NCBI RefSeq assembly: GCF_006345805.1
Contig: NC_043000.1
Span: 10,168,001-10,232,000, forward strand
Source of the DNA: Octopus sinensis
Lineage: Eukaryota
Length of the DNA: 64,000 nucleotides
Direction of reading: 5' to 3'
Position 1 is the stretch's first letter; the number at the start of each line of letters is the position of its first letter. Made by a program: the position numbers and the translations under genes. A model generated the notes under the pieces. The model was not told the DNA's origin. It did not search any database and saw only the letters and a program-made list of their open reading frames with translations. Shown one piece after another: positions 28,050 through 40,341 of this stretch.

Positions 28050-28860
28050 TCCTGCATTCCTGGTCTCATTGTCAAACATTAGGCGTTCAAAGTAACCAGA
28101 GTAATTGTTTTATGGTCTTTCCGATCTTTCAGAATGTCACGGTTCGGGTATTCCATATACCAATTTTCTTGATATGCGTTTTTTGAACGTAAGAAATCGT
28201 GGACCCTCAATTTTTTGAACCTTCGTAACAATTTTCCAGATAAGCTATATCTATGCAAACTATATAACCTTTTTCTAATTAAGAGTGAGCAGAAGAGATC
28301 CCCCAAAGTACTGTTCAGTCACAGGTACAGCTGAGGAAAATTCTTTCTGTTCCGATCCGAAGAAATCTTTCAAATGAATCAAACATCTACCACTTAAATA
28401 CCGGGCCTGAACTAAGGGCTTTAGATTCACAAACTTGTCCTCCCCACTCCTCGCCAATCGCTGTCAGGTTTTGGGCTTGGTAAAGGAGCAAAGGCGTGCG
28501 ATCACAAAAATCTCAGAGTCACTTGCGTTTAGCTTTTTTTCATTTGGAGATGTCGTTGACTTCGACAAACACATAGTCCTTGACAGCTCCTCAAACTGGT
28601 CCCAGTGAGATAGATGTAAAAAATTAGAGCTTGGACAAATTCGCCAACTTCATTTGCTTCAGCAAAATTTATACGGCTTTGCTCACTTCTTCTGCTTGCG
28701 CTTTAAGTGGTTGATTAGTGGATTACGTTTAATTTGGAACCTTCCCACAGATGTACCGCTATGGAAGGGTAACAGGAGAGGAAAGATCTCGACGGCGTAG
28801 CTTGTGGAGTCATCGGCAAACACAAGCCCTTTCTCTCCGCAGCAAGTGGATGACCTCAAG
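28050..28860 (-). mobile_element. Degenerate LINE fragment, possibly L1/Tx1-like
   Basis: The minus strand shows GLVFADDS (RT catalytic-like motif) followed by interrupted frames. Confidence 0.4.
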
Positions 28861-29016
28861 AGTATGAATATTCAAGTGAAGAACACAAGAAAATGGACAT
28901 ACGTACATATATATGTATGCAAATACAGATATACAAACATAGATACACATATGTATATACACACACACATATGCATATATGTATGTATGTATGTATGTTG
29001 TATGTATGTATGTATG

Positions 29017-29094
<78 letters not shown>

Positions 29095-29967
29095 ACGTGT
29101 GTTAGTATGTCTGAGTCTATCTATTTATCTACTATACACCAACATAACCAGCTCCCCGTTTTATCCCTCTTTCTGCTTGCTTCGTCAATTCATTATCATT
29201 TTCTCTCTTCTCATACATCTCCAAATCCAGTTACATACCTTATGCCATCTCCCCCTAACGTATGTTCTCTTTTCTTTTACCTTCAAACTTCAGTGTTCTT
29301 CTCCTGTCCAATTATAATCTTACATTATATTTCAGGTATCTTGATATCTTTTCACATGAAGTATATGTATAACAAATGTTCACAAATACAAGCACGATCA
29401 GCCATACTGATATTAATGGCTTCAAACGCCACTATAAGTTTAATTGCCTGATTTATATAAAGATTACGAATAGATATATACATACCTGTATTCATACAAA
29501 CAATCATACGTACACATATCTCTCTTTCTCTCTCTTGCTGTGTCTCACTTTATATATACATACATACATACATACACATACGCACACACATATATATATG
29601 TATGTATAACATATAATGTTGGGTGTCGTATTGCTTTACAGTAAATAACAATGTCTAAATCACGTTGTTTGGAACTCATCCTTACCAACATTTATTGTAC
29701 TGTTCCGTCTGTACTGCACATCAGTACATCTACACCTGGCATATCCCCTAGTGTCTTGGGCGGTTTTTTGTAGAAATCTAAATGAAAAGAGTTTACTAGT
29801 CCCTAGTTCAACTTTCCTCCATTTCTAGATGCAAAAGACTCCGGAAGTAGTGATCCCCGCCACTCTTCCAACTCTATTATTCGAACGTGTACACACACGT
29901 GTATGTGTGTGTGTGAATGTGTGTGTGAATGTGTGTGTGGCTGTGTGTGTATATGCAGGAGAAAGAC

Positions 29968-30014
<47 letters not shown>

Positions 30015-30106
30015 AATCAACTTGACTGGTATTTTATTTATCATCCGCAGAAGGATGATATTATATAAATCATGCTTTGTAACCGAATTAAACATTTTAA
30101 GGCATA

Positions 30107-30541
30107 TCTCCCTCTATATATAAAGCTGAAGTTGTCTGTGTATGGCAGGTTTGGTAGCCTTCAACTAACACTATCTCCTCCGAGACCCTTCGGCGCAAAT
30201 TGACCAAAATTGAAAGTATGATAGAAGAAGACTTGCTCTTTCTTCTGTAAAAGAAAGATTTCAAATCGGACCATGTTAATACCAAAAATTATTTACATCA
30301 AAAAGGTGCTTTCTTTCTATGAAAATCCCTATTTTTTACGATTTTTTGACTGCTATGTAGCCACTTTCGGTGTATTTCAACCAGAATAATGTAGATTTTG
30401 GTGAGAATCAAGGTTTTAAGTGAAGCTCATTGTTTGAGAGCAATAGAAAACATTACTAGAGCTAGAGGCCCTGTTGGCTTTGAGTTACCGGGGGTATTTT
30501 TGAACTAGGTGTGTATGCGTGTATGGTGGTGAACCTGATGA

Positions 30542-30581
<40 letters not shown>

Positions 30582-31076
30582 ACGCACGCACACACGCACA
30601 CACTCGCATACACTATACACGTAATCTTACAAACATCAACATCTTTTAAAGAAAAACCATACAACAACACACATTAGCCCAGCCCCAAATCTCTCTATAT
30701 AAAGCTTAAGTTGTCTGTGTATGGCAGGTTTGGTAGCCTTCAACTATCACTACCTCCTCCGAGACCCTGCGGCGCAAGTTGACCAAAATTGAGAGCATGA
30801 TAGAAGGCTTGCTCTTCCTTCCGTTCCAGAAAAAATTCAAATCGGACCATGTTAAGACCAAAAATTATTTACATCAAAAAGATGCTTTTCTTCTATGAAA
30901 ATCCCTATTTTTTACGATTTTTTGACTGCTGTGTCGCCATTTTTCGGTGTATTTCAACCAGAAAAATGTTCACTTAAAGAGAATAACAAGCTACATAATG
31001 CACACTTTTTACTTTTCAAAAATTCCAATTCTAAAGGGTCGAAACAAATCCGAGCAACGCCGGGCGATACTGCTAG
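30107..31076 (+). mobile_element. Non-autonomous Helitron, composite with duplicated 5' end
   Basis: A|TC start at 30107, subterminal hairpin ccgagcaacgccggg, and CTAG|T end at 31073-31076. A second internal TC..TATATAAAGCT start lies at 30690. Confidence 0.8.
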
Positions 31077-31228
31077 TCTTAAAATAAAGGAAAAAATATT
31101 TAGGCATGTCTATAAGGCTATAGGGTTAAGAAACTTTGCTATCTTATCTTTTCGGATTCAGATTCAAAGCAATTATCGATCCCTGCTTTGTGAATAAATT
31201 TGGTAGACAGAAAATATGTTGAAGCCCG

Positions 31229-31263
<35 letters not shown>

Positions 31264-31643
31264 ACATGTATGTATATATATATTCATATGTATGTGTGTG
31301 TTCGTGTATCTTTGTGTATGTTCCCATCATCGCTTGACAACCGGTGTTGGTTTGTTCCCGTTTACGTAACTTCGCAGTTTCGTGAAAAAGACTCATAGAA
31401 TAACTACCAAACTTAAAGAGACTAAGTGCAAATGTCGATTTAGCGGAACTCCAGCATGGCCATGGTATAATGACTGAAACAAGTGAAAGATTAAAGACAC
31501 AGAGGATGTTGACCTCTGGGAATCCTCTCGTGACTCAAATTTTTTCCTCTAATCATTGATATGCAATTGACTGAGAAGAGTGTCAATTGCATCGATCTCT
31601 CCGACCTTGGAAGTAAGTCCCTTTACTCCAGACCATTCCATTT

Positions 31644-31727
<84 letters not shown>

Positions 31728-31789
31728 GCACCATAGCCATGATTTAAGATGGATTCTTTGGTGTTTGAATAATTCACCTCTGGAATATG

Positions 31790-32056
31790 GGTGTTTCGTT
31801 CAACATCCTTAAACAATGCTTATTCATGGACCTTTTGAGCAGGATGGGTTACTCGACCAGAAGAAAATTCTAACTGGGCCCCACCTGCAGGGACATGTGC
31901 TGTTTATCTTTATATGAGATCACCATGTCGTGCACATATGGTTGTGATGCATGTGCCTGGTGTACCCTTATCAGACGGGTAGTCATGATGGGTATACTGG
32001 GCTTTGTATATTTTACCCCAGGGTCGCTTTTGATGGCATGCACTGCTCTCTCACTC
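31790..32056 (+). mobile_element. Second copy of the (TAA)n-associated element
   Basis: Reverse complement of 641-855 and followed by (AAT)n. Confidence 0.6.
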
Positions 32057-32100
<44 letters not shown>

Positions 32101-33110
32101 TGATAATAATAATAATAATAATAATGATGATAATAATAATAATAATAATCGCACAACAACAACAAAGAACACTAACAACTCAACTCAATGCGTCGGCTAC
32201 TCTTTCTTCCACTCGCCCTCCAACCCTTCAACTCACCAAACTGCATATTAAACACTAATTAGAAGACATCGATGGTTAGCAATAAACAGCATTAGCGCCA
32301 AGAAAACATCGATAATGGTTGCATAAGCAATAATATTTAATTGGTGATTTATGGCGATATCTCAGTACAGAAACTAATTTTATACCGAGTTAAAATATTT
32401 ATTTATATATTTATTCATTCATTTATTAAACTGTGAAGAATTTACGCGGTTAGATATTAAATTATTTTTATGTTTCAGTAAAGAATCAATACATTTTATC
32501 TATATGCACTGCATTTGAAAAGAGACTTGTTTAATAAGACTGAATCCAATTTGAAAACTTCTTCTCCTCTCTCTCTTCCCGACAACGTGAAGTCTGTACT
32601 GACTAAAATATTATCTTGTGATGCAATTTTAAATTTCCTTTGCTATAAAAGGTTTTCTCGTAATTGTTTGAGTCGGCAATAATTTACATATTCTTCTTTT
32701 TCAACAGTCTAAACCGGACTTTATGATAGGTTTTAGTTCCGAACATCAAATAAGACATTGAATAATCAACGAGGGATTCATTATATGGACGTTCGGCGAG
32801 CTATAAATTGCAAAAAAAGTTTTTCTTAAAATACACCCAGTCAGTTAATGAACAGAAAGGACACGATTTAAATAACAGTCATGATGTACTGTCTGAAAAT
32901 AACATGAGCTGGACATGGGTAGCACGACTTAATCACAGGTATCCTCATCCAGAATTGACCTGGGATTTAAAACAACATAGGATTTCCTTGGTTTAGATTA
33001 CAATCGGCTATTTTGATGTTGTTTCTCCCATTGCTGTTGGTTTTCAAAGTTAGAGCTTGAAATTAATGTCGTTTATAAGTCCTCCTGGATCTTGAAAGTT
33101 ATTTGTGTGT

Positions 33111-33141
<31 letters not shown>

Positions 33142-33167
33142 CGTGCGTGTGTGTGTGTGTGTGTGTG

Positions 33168-33495
<328 letters not shown>

Positions 33496-33526
33496 TATAC
33501 ATACATACATACATACATACATACAT

Positions 33527-33581
<55 letters not shown>

Positions 33582-34574
33582 CATATATGTTTCTAACAAA
33601 ATAAAATGATTAGGAAATTGTTTCAATTGAAAACGTCGGTACGATATTGAAAACTTGTCCACCAATACTAAATATAAAACTGCCAGAGTAAAAATAAAAT
33701 TGTTTGTCCGTGGACAAGTATAAGAAGATATTTATATCCTAATCGATTCCATTCGCTGTAATCCTAAAATACTGTCTACAAAATGATCGATGAAAAATTC
33801 CACATTGAATATAAAGAAAATGTCTTAGCCAATTTCTGGTTAAGGATTAGATAACAAGAAAAAAATAATAATTCATTTCTCCGAATTTCGAATGCGTTGG
33901 CAAATATTTGTTAAATATAGCTTCCATTTCTCTCGCTGAATAAAACTTTTCAAATATCTTTGTTCACTGACGTAGAAAATGGTATTTTTGATATCTCAAA
34001 AGAAGCACGACTTTCCTGGGTGCAAAATATTTAATATCGATTTTATAATACCTACTTCAAAGGTTTCCAAGACAAAATTTTCGATTAGTCTTTGAGAATA
34101 TGACATCAATCATAAGAGAACGGGCCCTACAAGTGGAAATGTAATTACTTCCTTCTCGTTTAGTCAACTAAATTAGTAAAGCTAAAAATAGGTTTGCCGT
34201 TTGGATGCAGTTGAATCATTATAGCCTACAGCCATCTCTCTGAGATAATATAGTTCTTAGTTTGTAAATTAAAGGAAGCATTGGAAATACGCTAAATTAC
34301 CACTTTACATGGAATTACATGGAGGTAATAGTGTTAAGTTCATCTGCTTGACTTGGCGCTATTTGTGTTTGCTTTCGAAGGTGGTGAAATAGCATTAATG
34401 TTTCAGATATAACTAGCTTGATAATGGGGATTGTTGCTGTCGCTTAGTCCTAGAGCATGCCTGATCGAGTTGACATGTGATCAAATTCGTTCCAGTCGTG
34501 ACCATGCGATCAGTTTGTAAATAAAGGACTGCATTGCCCGGTGTATCCTTCTTTACGCAAGAAGATAAGTTGTG

Positions 34575-35040
34575 ATTTGAGCGAAAGCTGGAGGAGTTCG
34601 ACAATGACTGTCTCCGCCGCATTCTTCGCTGCTGACACATTGATCGGGTTCCAACAGCCGGTCTTCGTCATCGCCTGAATCTCCGGCCCCTCCCTTCAGT
34701 GCTTCTACAACGGCGCTTAAGGTGGTTCGGTCATGCGGCCCGGTGTCCAGAGGGTGAGCTGATTCGCGATGTCCTCCTCCCACCTTCACTTCCCAACTGG
34801 TGCAAATGCACGGGTGGGCAGCTGAAGACCTGGGCAACGACGATAAAGGAGGACCTCTCCGAACTCTCAGGTCCGCAGGTGGTTGGTCTGCGCAGATGGA
34901 ACCGGGAATGGTTCGCTATCTCCAGTGACCTCGCACAGGACCGTCGAGCGTGGGCCGCCATGGTTCGTGATGCCGTCAGGACCAGAGAAAAAGCCGGCTC
35001 AACCCGCCCTGGGTGAACGCTGTTACAAGCAAGTACAAAT
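34575..35040 (+). mobile_element. RTE-clade LINE 3' end
   Basis: QRRLRWFGHAAR..GGQLKTW..DLAQDRRAWAAMV-stop followed by a short caagta-like tail. Confidence 0.88.
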
Positions 35041-35559
35041 AAGTGATTTGAGGGAGATTTTGTTTTTATTCTTGCAGATCATGTGACTGTACATAGGCTT
35101 TCTTGTCAGGCCTAGCTCCTTTGCTAGCCCGGGTTTCCCTGTTTACTCCGTATGACTGTTTAGAAGAGGTAAGTCTCCGACCTAAAACCACTAGGGACGA
35201 GGAGCTTTAGGAATAGAATAATTAAATATGTAAGAAAAAAGAAGTAATGCTCTTGCTAAATTGAAAATAAAGGTAAACATAGAACTACAAGGCTACTGCA
35301 TGTCTTAGTGCTTAGGGTGATACGCACATGGTTATTGGATCGTAAGTTCAAATTCTGGACCGGGCGACGCGTGACTCCAGTTGCTCTGTTGAAAACGGGT
35401 ATTGACCAAGTACTGGCGCAGCTCTCCCCTCCCCTGCTGTTACATCCTCGACGTTCAACTGGTTCATAGGTAAGAGGGTTGAGAAGGTGCTTCGGTCTGT
35501 TCGCGACTACATAAGCACCAAAAACTAATTAGAAAAAAGCTGCTACATGTCACGAAGCC

Positions 35560-35720
35560 AAACACAGAAATTTCCTTCGAGAGCATGTCTAACCCTGCCT
35601 GGATTCTTCTTTTCCAACTTGGATCTTTTCTTTTGTCACTCCCATTATGTTTCCTTTTCTTGACACCAACACCCACGTTTTCTGCTACAACAATACTTGC
35701 CGCCTTGATCAAATTATTTG
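35560..35720 (-). mobile_element. Fragment of the N-terminal ORF region of an R4/Dong-like element
   Basis: IKAASIVVAE..KDPSWKRRIQ..LSKEIS resembles the P.WKRR motif upstream of the RT in this clade. Confidence 0.5.
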
Positions 35721-37416
35721 TTTCTGTGATGTTGTTCGTTTTGATGTATTTCAGAATTTCTATTTTTCTTCTTATTATTATTTAACAATAGCAGCATTAA
35801 CAACTTCAGTAAGAACAATTGTAACTTAATATGAAATGCAGTAAAAATAACAGCAACATCTCAACAAGAGATTTCCATTAACCTTGCCAAAATAACTTAA
35901 ATCTCTACCAATGTTATCAGATTTGGGAAGAGAAAAGACAGTGCTGTGTTTGATGTTGGAATATTACGGGTTTTGATTTGCTTTAAGATAAATAGTAAAT
36001 TCTAACAACTGTTGTTCTCAGGATATCATCGGGTAACGCTATATTGACGCCTGAACAACATTTGCATCTGTACGGAACGATGTAAAATATTTTTTTTTTA
36101 TATATTGTTGGACTTCTTTTTATAATGTCTTTTGATAATTATAATGTCTTCTTGTAGATAGAGAAATTGATGCCATGTCACGTAACTTGTATTTCCAATG
36201 AGACCGGGATGAAATTAATTTCTATGAATATTTCTATTCTGGTCAAATCAGCAAACAACAATATCTTAGGACTCCATTAACAGTAAAAGTGAACATCATA
36301 GGATGCTATCTTGAAGACCGGCGCTCAATTAACAAAGCTTATTTGCCTGAGATATAAATGAAAGAGACTTTTAATTCAGTTTCATGATTCTGATCAATTA
36401 TGTAAACAATCATTGAGTTAAACAATACTAGTTATCAACAAAAAAAAAAAATAATAATAATATAATGATAGAAAAATGTAGGCGAGAGGAAAATCGTGAT
36501 TGCGTGAAGGAAATTCTGTGGCTTTGTACGTTTACGTTAGGTTCGCTATTTTAAAAGTCCCTAAATGAGCTAATGTAATGTTTAACATATTAATTTCTTC
36601 TGGGTATAAAATTCTTAAGGAAAAAATCCTTTCTTTTAGAAATTATAATGGTTAAGATTTACTATAGTTCTTTTGTCAGTATCTGGACAAGTGAGATAAT
36701 TATGAAGATAAATGAATCTTAGATTTGCAAAGGGATTTAATTGTAAGCATGTACAAATGGCATTATAGCTATAACTATTCATATCTTCGACTGATACCTC
36801 AAGGGTAACTGGGAATATGGTAAAGAAATAGAGATGCAAAAACAAAAAAACAACACCAAAAAAACAGGAGGCGGTAATAAGTTAGGACAAGAGTTCTAAG
36901 ATGGAATGGAATAATTATGTTAGAGAATCATCCTATTATTTGAAGATGAATTTAAATTTCCAAAGATAAAAACCGAGGATAGAATCAAGAAACGCGAATA
37001 AAGGTCCATCAAATCGCATATGAAGTTGGTCGAGTAAGATTTAGTATCTGTTCGTTGATTATCTTGAAAAGATATATTTAGCTTTATATAGTTTTGATTT
37101 CTAGAGGGGCAAATAAAGGTATGAATGAGATCACGTAGAAGGATTATATGTTGTGCTAGCATTTTCCTCAGAATATTAATTGCATAAGTGAAGAGAAATG
37201 CTTGTAAACGAGATATAAAATTGACTGACATCAACGCTCAATGGAATTTTAATCCTCTTAATCTCAACAACTCATCGCTGTCAATATTAAAATTTAAATG
37301 TAAATCTCAACCTCTCACTCCATCTGTTGTGGTCTTTATATTGTCTCTACATCTATGCAAAGTCTCCTCTCTCTCTCTCTCTCTCTCTCCATAAATGTAT
37401 TATGTTTTATATAACA

Positions 37417-37715
37417 CTAGCAGTTAAGCCCGGTTTCACCCGATCTGTTTGGATGATGTGGGTGGGATCGTTTTCGGTTAGGTATTCTCAAACTTATCAT
37501 TTCGAGTCCCCTGTTTCGATTGGAGCCTCCGGCTGTATGAAAATTTCTTTTAAAAAGGTTTTGATCGATTTTCTCGGTAAGTATGGGGCTAGGAAAAAAA
37601 TACAAATTGTATTCCAATCTATGCACCCCTCTCCACATGTGTGCCATTTTTCACGCGAATCCACACAGCCGTTTGGCTGTGAACCTCAAGACAAGAAAGA
37701 ATACAACGCTCACCC
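37417..37715 (-). mobile_element. Probable non-autonomous Helitron of a second family (3' end at 37417)
   Basis: The minus strand ends cgggtgaaaccgggcttaactgCTAG|T. The other end runs into (CTAT)n. Confidence 0.5.
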
Positions 37716-37798
<83 letters not shown>

Positions 37799-37874
37799 GT
37801 CTACGGTCTATCTGTCTATCTATCTATCTATCTATCTATCTATATATCTATCTATCTATCTATCTATCTATCTG

Positions 37875-37953
<79 letters not shown>

Positions 37954-37978
37954 GTTACGTGTCTATCTGTCTATCTAT

Positions 37979-38690
37979 CGAGTCGGTTTATCAGCTGAGT
38001 CTATAGTCAATATTGTCACGCCTCCTTCCTTCAAACGGGAAGGAGGAAGAGCTATTTTCATCATCATTGTGGCTATGGCGAAAGATGTATCTGGGGACGC
38101 GTCTGAAAGGATTGGAGACAAACACTTCCTCTCTGGTCAATCTCTCTCAAACTTCTTCAAGTACCACTTGAAAAGGAAAGTGAGAGTAGAGAGGCAAGTT
38201 TGTCTAGCGAATGTTTTAAAAAAAGATGGGTGAATGTAGCAAGAATGGCACGTATGAATGACGAAGCCACCTTGAGCATAGTCCTATGAACCCAGAAATC
38301 GAAAACAGAGAGTTGCTTATTTGCAAAAAAAAAAAAAAGAAAAAAAAAAGAATATAAAATGTCACTTCATTGACCGAGGTTACCGTGGTCTTTCCGTAGG
38401 CTTTTCTTTCACGGTAAACCTCACCTGTCCTCCCCTTTACACTTCATATTGACATTCGTGATAACGATCCCTATTGATCAATTTTTTTTCCTCTCCCCCT
38501 TTTTTTTTTTTTTTTTTTTTTAACCCCCCCTTTTTTGTCCTCTTTCTCTCCTTTTACGATCCTTTTGATCGAAACTCCCCCTTCCCTTTTTTTTTTTTAA
38601 ACCTTCAAAAGAAAAGCTCTACCTTGTAATTTGTTCTATCTGTGTGCAGCCCTGTGTGGCTAATAAAGAAACATATCTATCTATCTATCT
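37979..38690 (+). mobile_element. Tx1/L1-clade LINE 3' fragment, copy 1, in (TCTA)n
   Basis: Matches 39108-39820. Encodes ..[23 protein letters not shown].., and the 3' UTR ends AATAAAGAAACA followed by (TCTA)n. Confidence 0.85.
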
Positions 38691-39818
38691 GCCGAGGAAG
38701 GGCGAAAGGCACCGCGAGTGTCGCGTTGCTCTCAAGCAACTCTGCCGTCCTGGGTCGACCTTAAGTGACTTCAACACAACCAAAGCATTCTATAGGGGTT
38801 TAGTGGAGGGGAGGTACGACGACGAGCTCGGGGCGAACCTGGACGTCGACGAGGAGTACCTGACCCGCCTGTTCGGGACGACTTTCGGGCCAGGGCCATG
38901 GACAACTTCCAGAGATCCCTGGCCTGGCAGTGCTACCGAGAAGCGCTACCCGTTCGGGATAAGCTCTACAGACACGGCTCGAGAAACACGGGGCCGACCT
39001 GCCCGAGATGCGGTCAGAGCGACGAAACCGTTCTGCACGCACTCGTTCAGTGTCCAACAATTTCCGACCTGTGGGCTTATGTCGAACAACTGCTGTCACG
39101 TGTGGGACGAGTCGGTTTATCAGCTGAGTCTATCGTCAATATTGTCACGCCTCCTTCCTTCAAACGGGAAGGAAGAGCTATTTTCATCATCTTGTGGCTA
39201 TGCGAAAGAATGTATCTGGTGGACGGTCTGAAAGGATTGGAGACAAACACTTTCCTCTCTGGTCAATCTCTCATCAACTTCTTCAAGTACCACTTGAAAA
39301 GGAAAGTGAGAGTAGAGAGGCAAGTTTTGTCTAGCGAATGTTTTAAAAAAAGATGGGTGAATGTAGCAAGAATGGCACGTATGAATGACGAAGCCACCTT
39401 GAGCATAGTCCTATGAACCCAGAAATCGAAAACAGAGAGTTGCTTATTTGCAAAAAAAAAAAAAAAAAAAAAAAAAAAGAAATAAAAATGTGACTTCATT
39501 GACCGAGGTTACCGTGGTCTTTTCCGCAGGCTTTTCTTTCCACGGATAACCTCACCTGTCCTCCCCTTTACACTTCATATTGACATTTCTGTGATAACGA
39601 TCCCTATTGATCATTTTTTTCCTCTCCTCCCCTTTTTTTTTTTTTTTTTTTTTTTAACCCCCCTTATTTTTGTCCTCTTTCTCTCCTTTTACGATCCCTT
39701 GATTGATCGAACTCCCCTTCCTTTTTTTTTTTTTTTTTTTTTAATACCTTCAAAAGAAAAGCTCTACCTTGTAATTTGTTCTATCTGTGTGCAGCCCTGT
39801 GTGGCTAATAAAGAAACA

Positions 39819-39820
<2 letters not shown>
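38691..39820 (+). mobile_element. Tx1/L1-clade LINE 3' fragment, copy 2, in (TCTA)n
   Basis: ORF 38898-39416 has LAWQCYREALPVRDKL..CPRCG..ETVLHALVQC (zf-RVT-type CCHC), with frameshifts, then the same 3' UTR and (TCTA)n. Confidence 0.87.
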
Positions 39821-39855
<35 letters not shown>

Positions 39856-39856
39856 G

Positions 39857-39900
<44 letters not shown>

Positions 39901-39909
39901 GTCTATCTG

Positions 39910-39948
<39 letters not shown>

Positions 39949-39965
39949 GTCTACGTGTCTATCTG

Positions 39966-40024
<59 letters not shown>

Positions 40025-40041
40025 GTCTACGTGTCTATCTG

Positions 40042-40087
<46 letters not shown>

Positions 40088-40244
40088 ATCAAAGTTAACC
40101 TCGGAGATATTTGAGCCCAGGATGTAATGATCTAGAATAAATACTGCAAGTAACGTCCTTCAAATCTATAATAATTTTACCAACCACTGCCCTTACAATA
40201 ATAATACTAATAATTGTATCTAATATAGATAATAATAATAATAA

Positions 40245-40336
<92 letters not shown>

Positions 40337-40341
<5 letters not shown>

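Noticed and set aside
35109-35170. AG...GTAAGT-bounded open segment as candidate middle USP exon
   Set aside because: The peptide (SLAPLLARVSLFTPYDCFRR) is not USP-like and the end phase is incompatible.
37327-37998. 223-aa ORF
   Set aside because: It is antisense read-through of a Helitron-like repeat into (CTAT)n.
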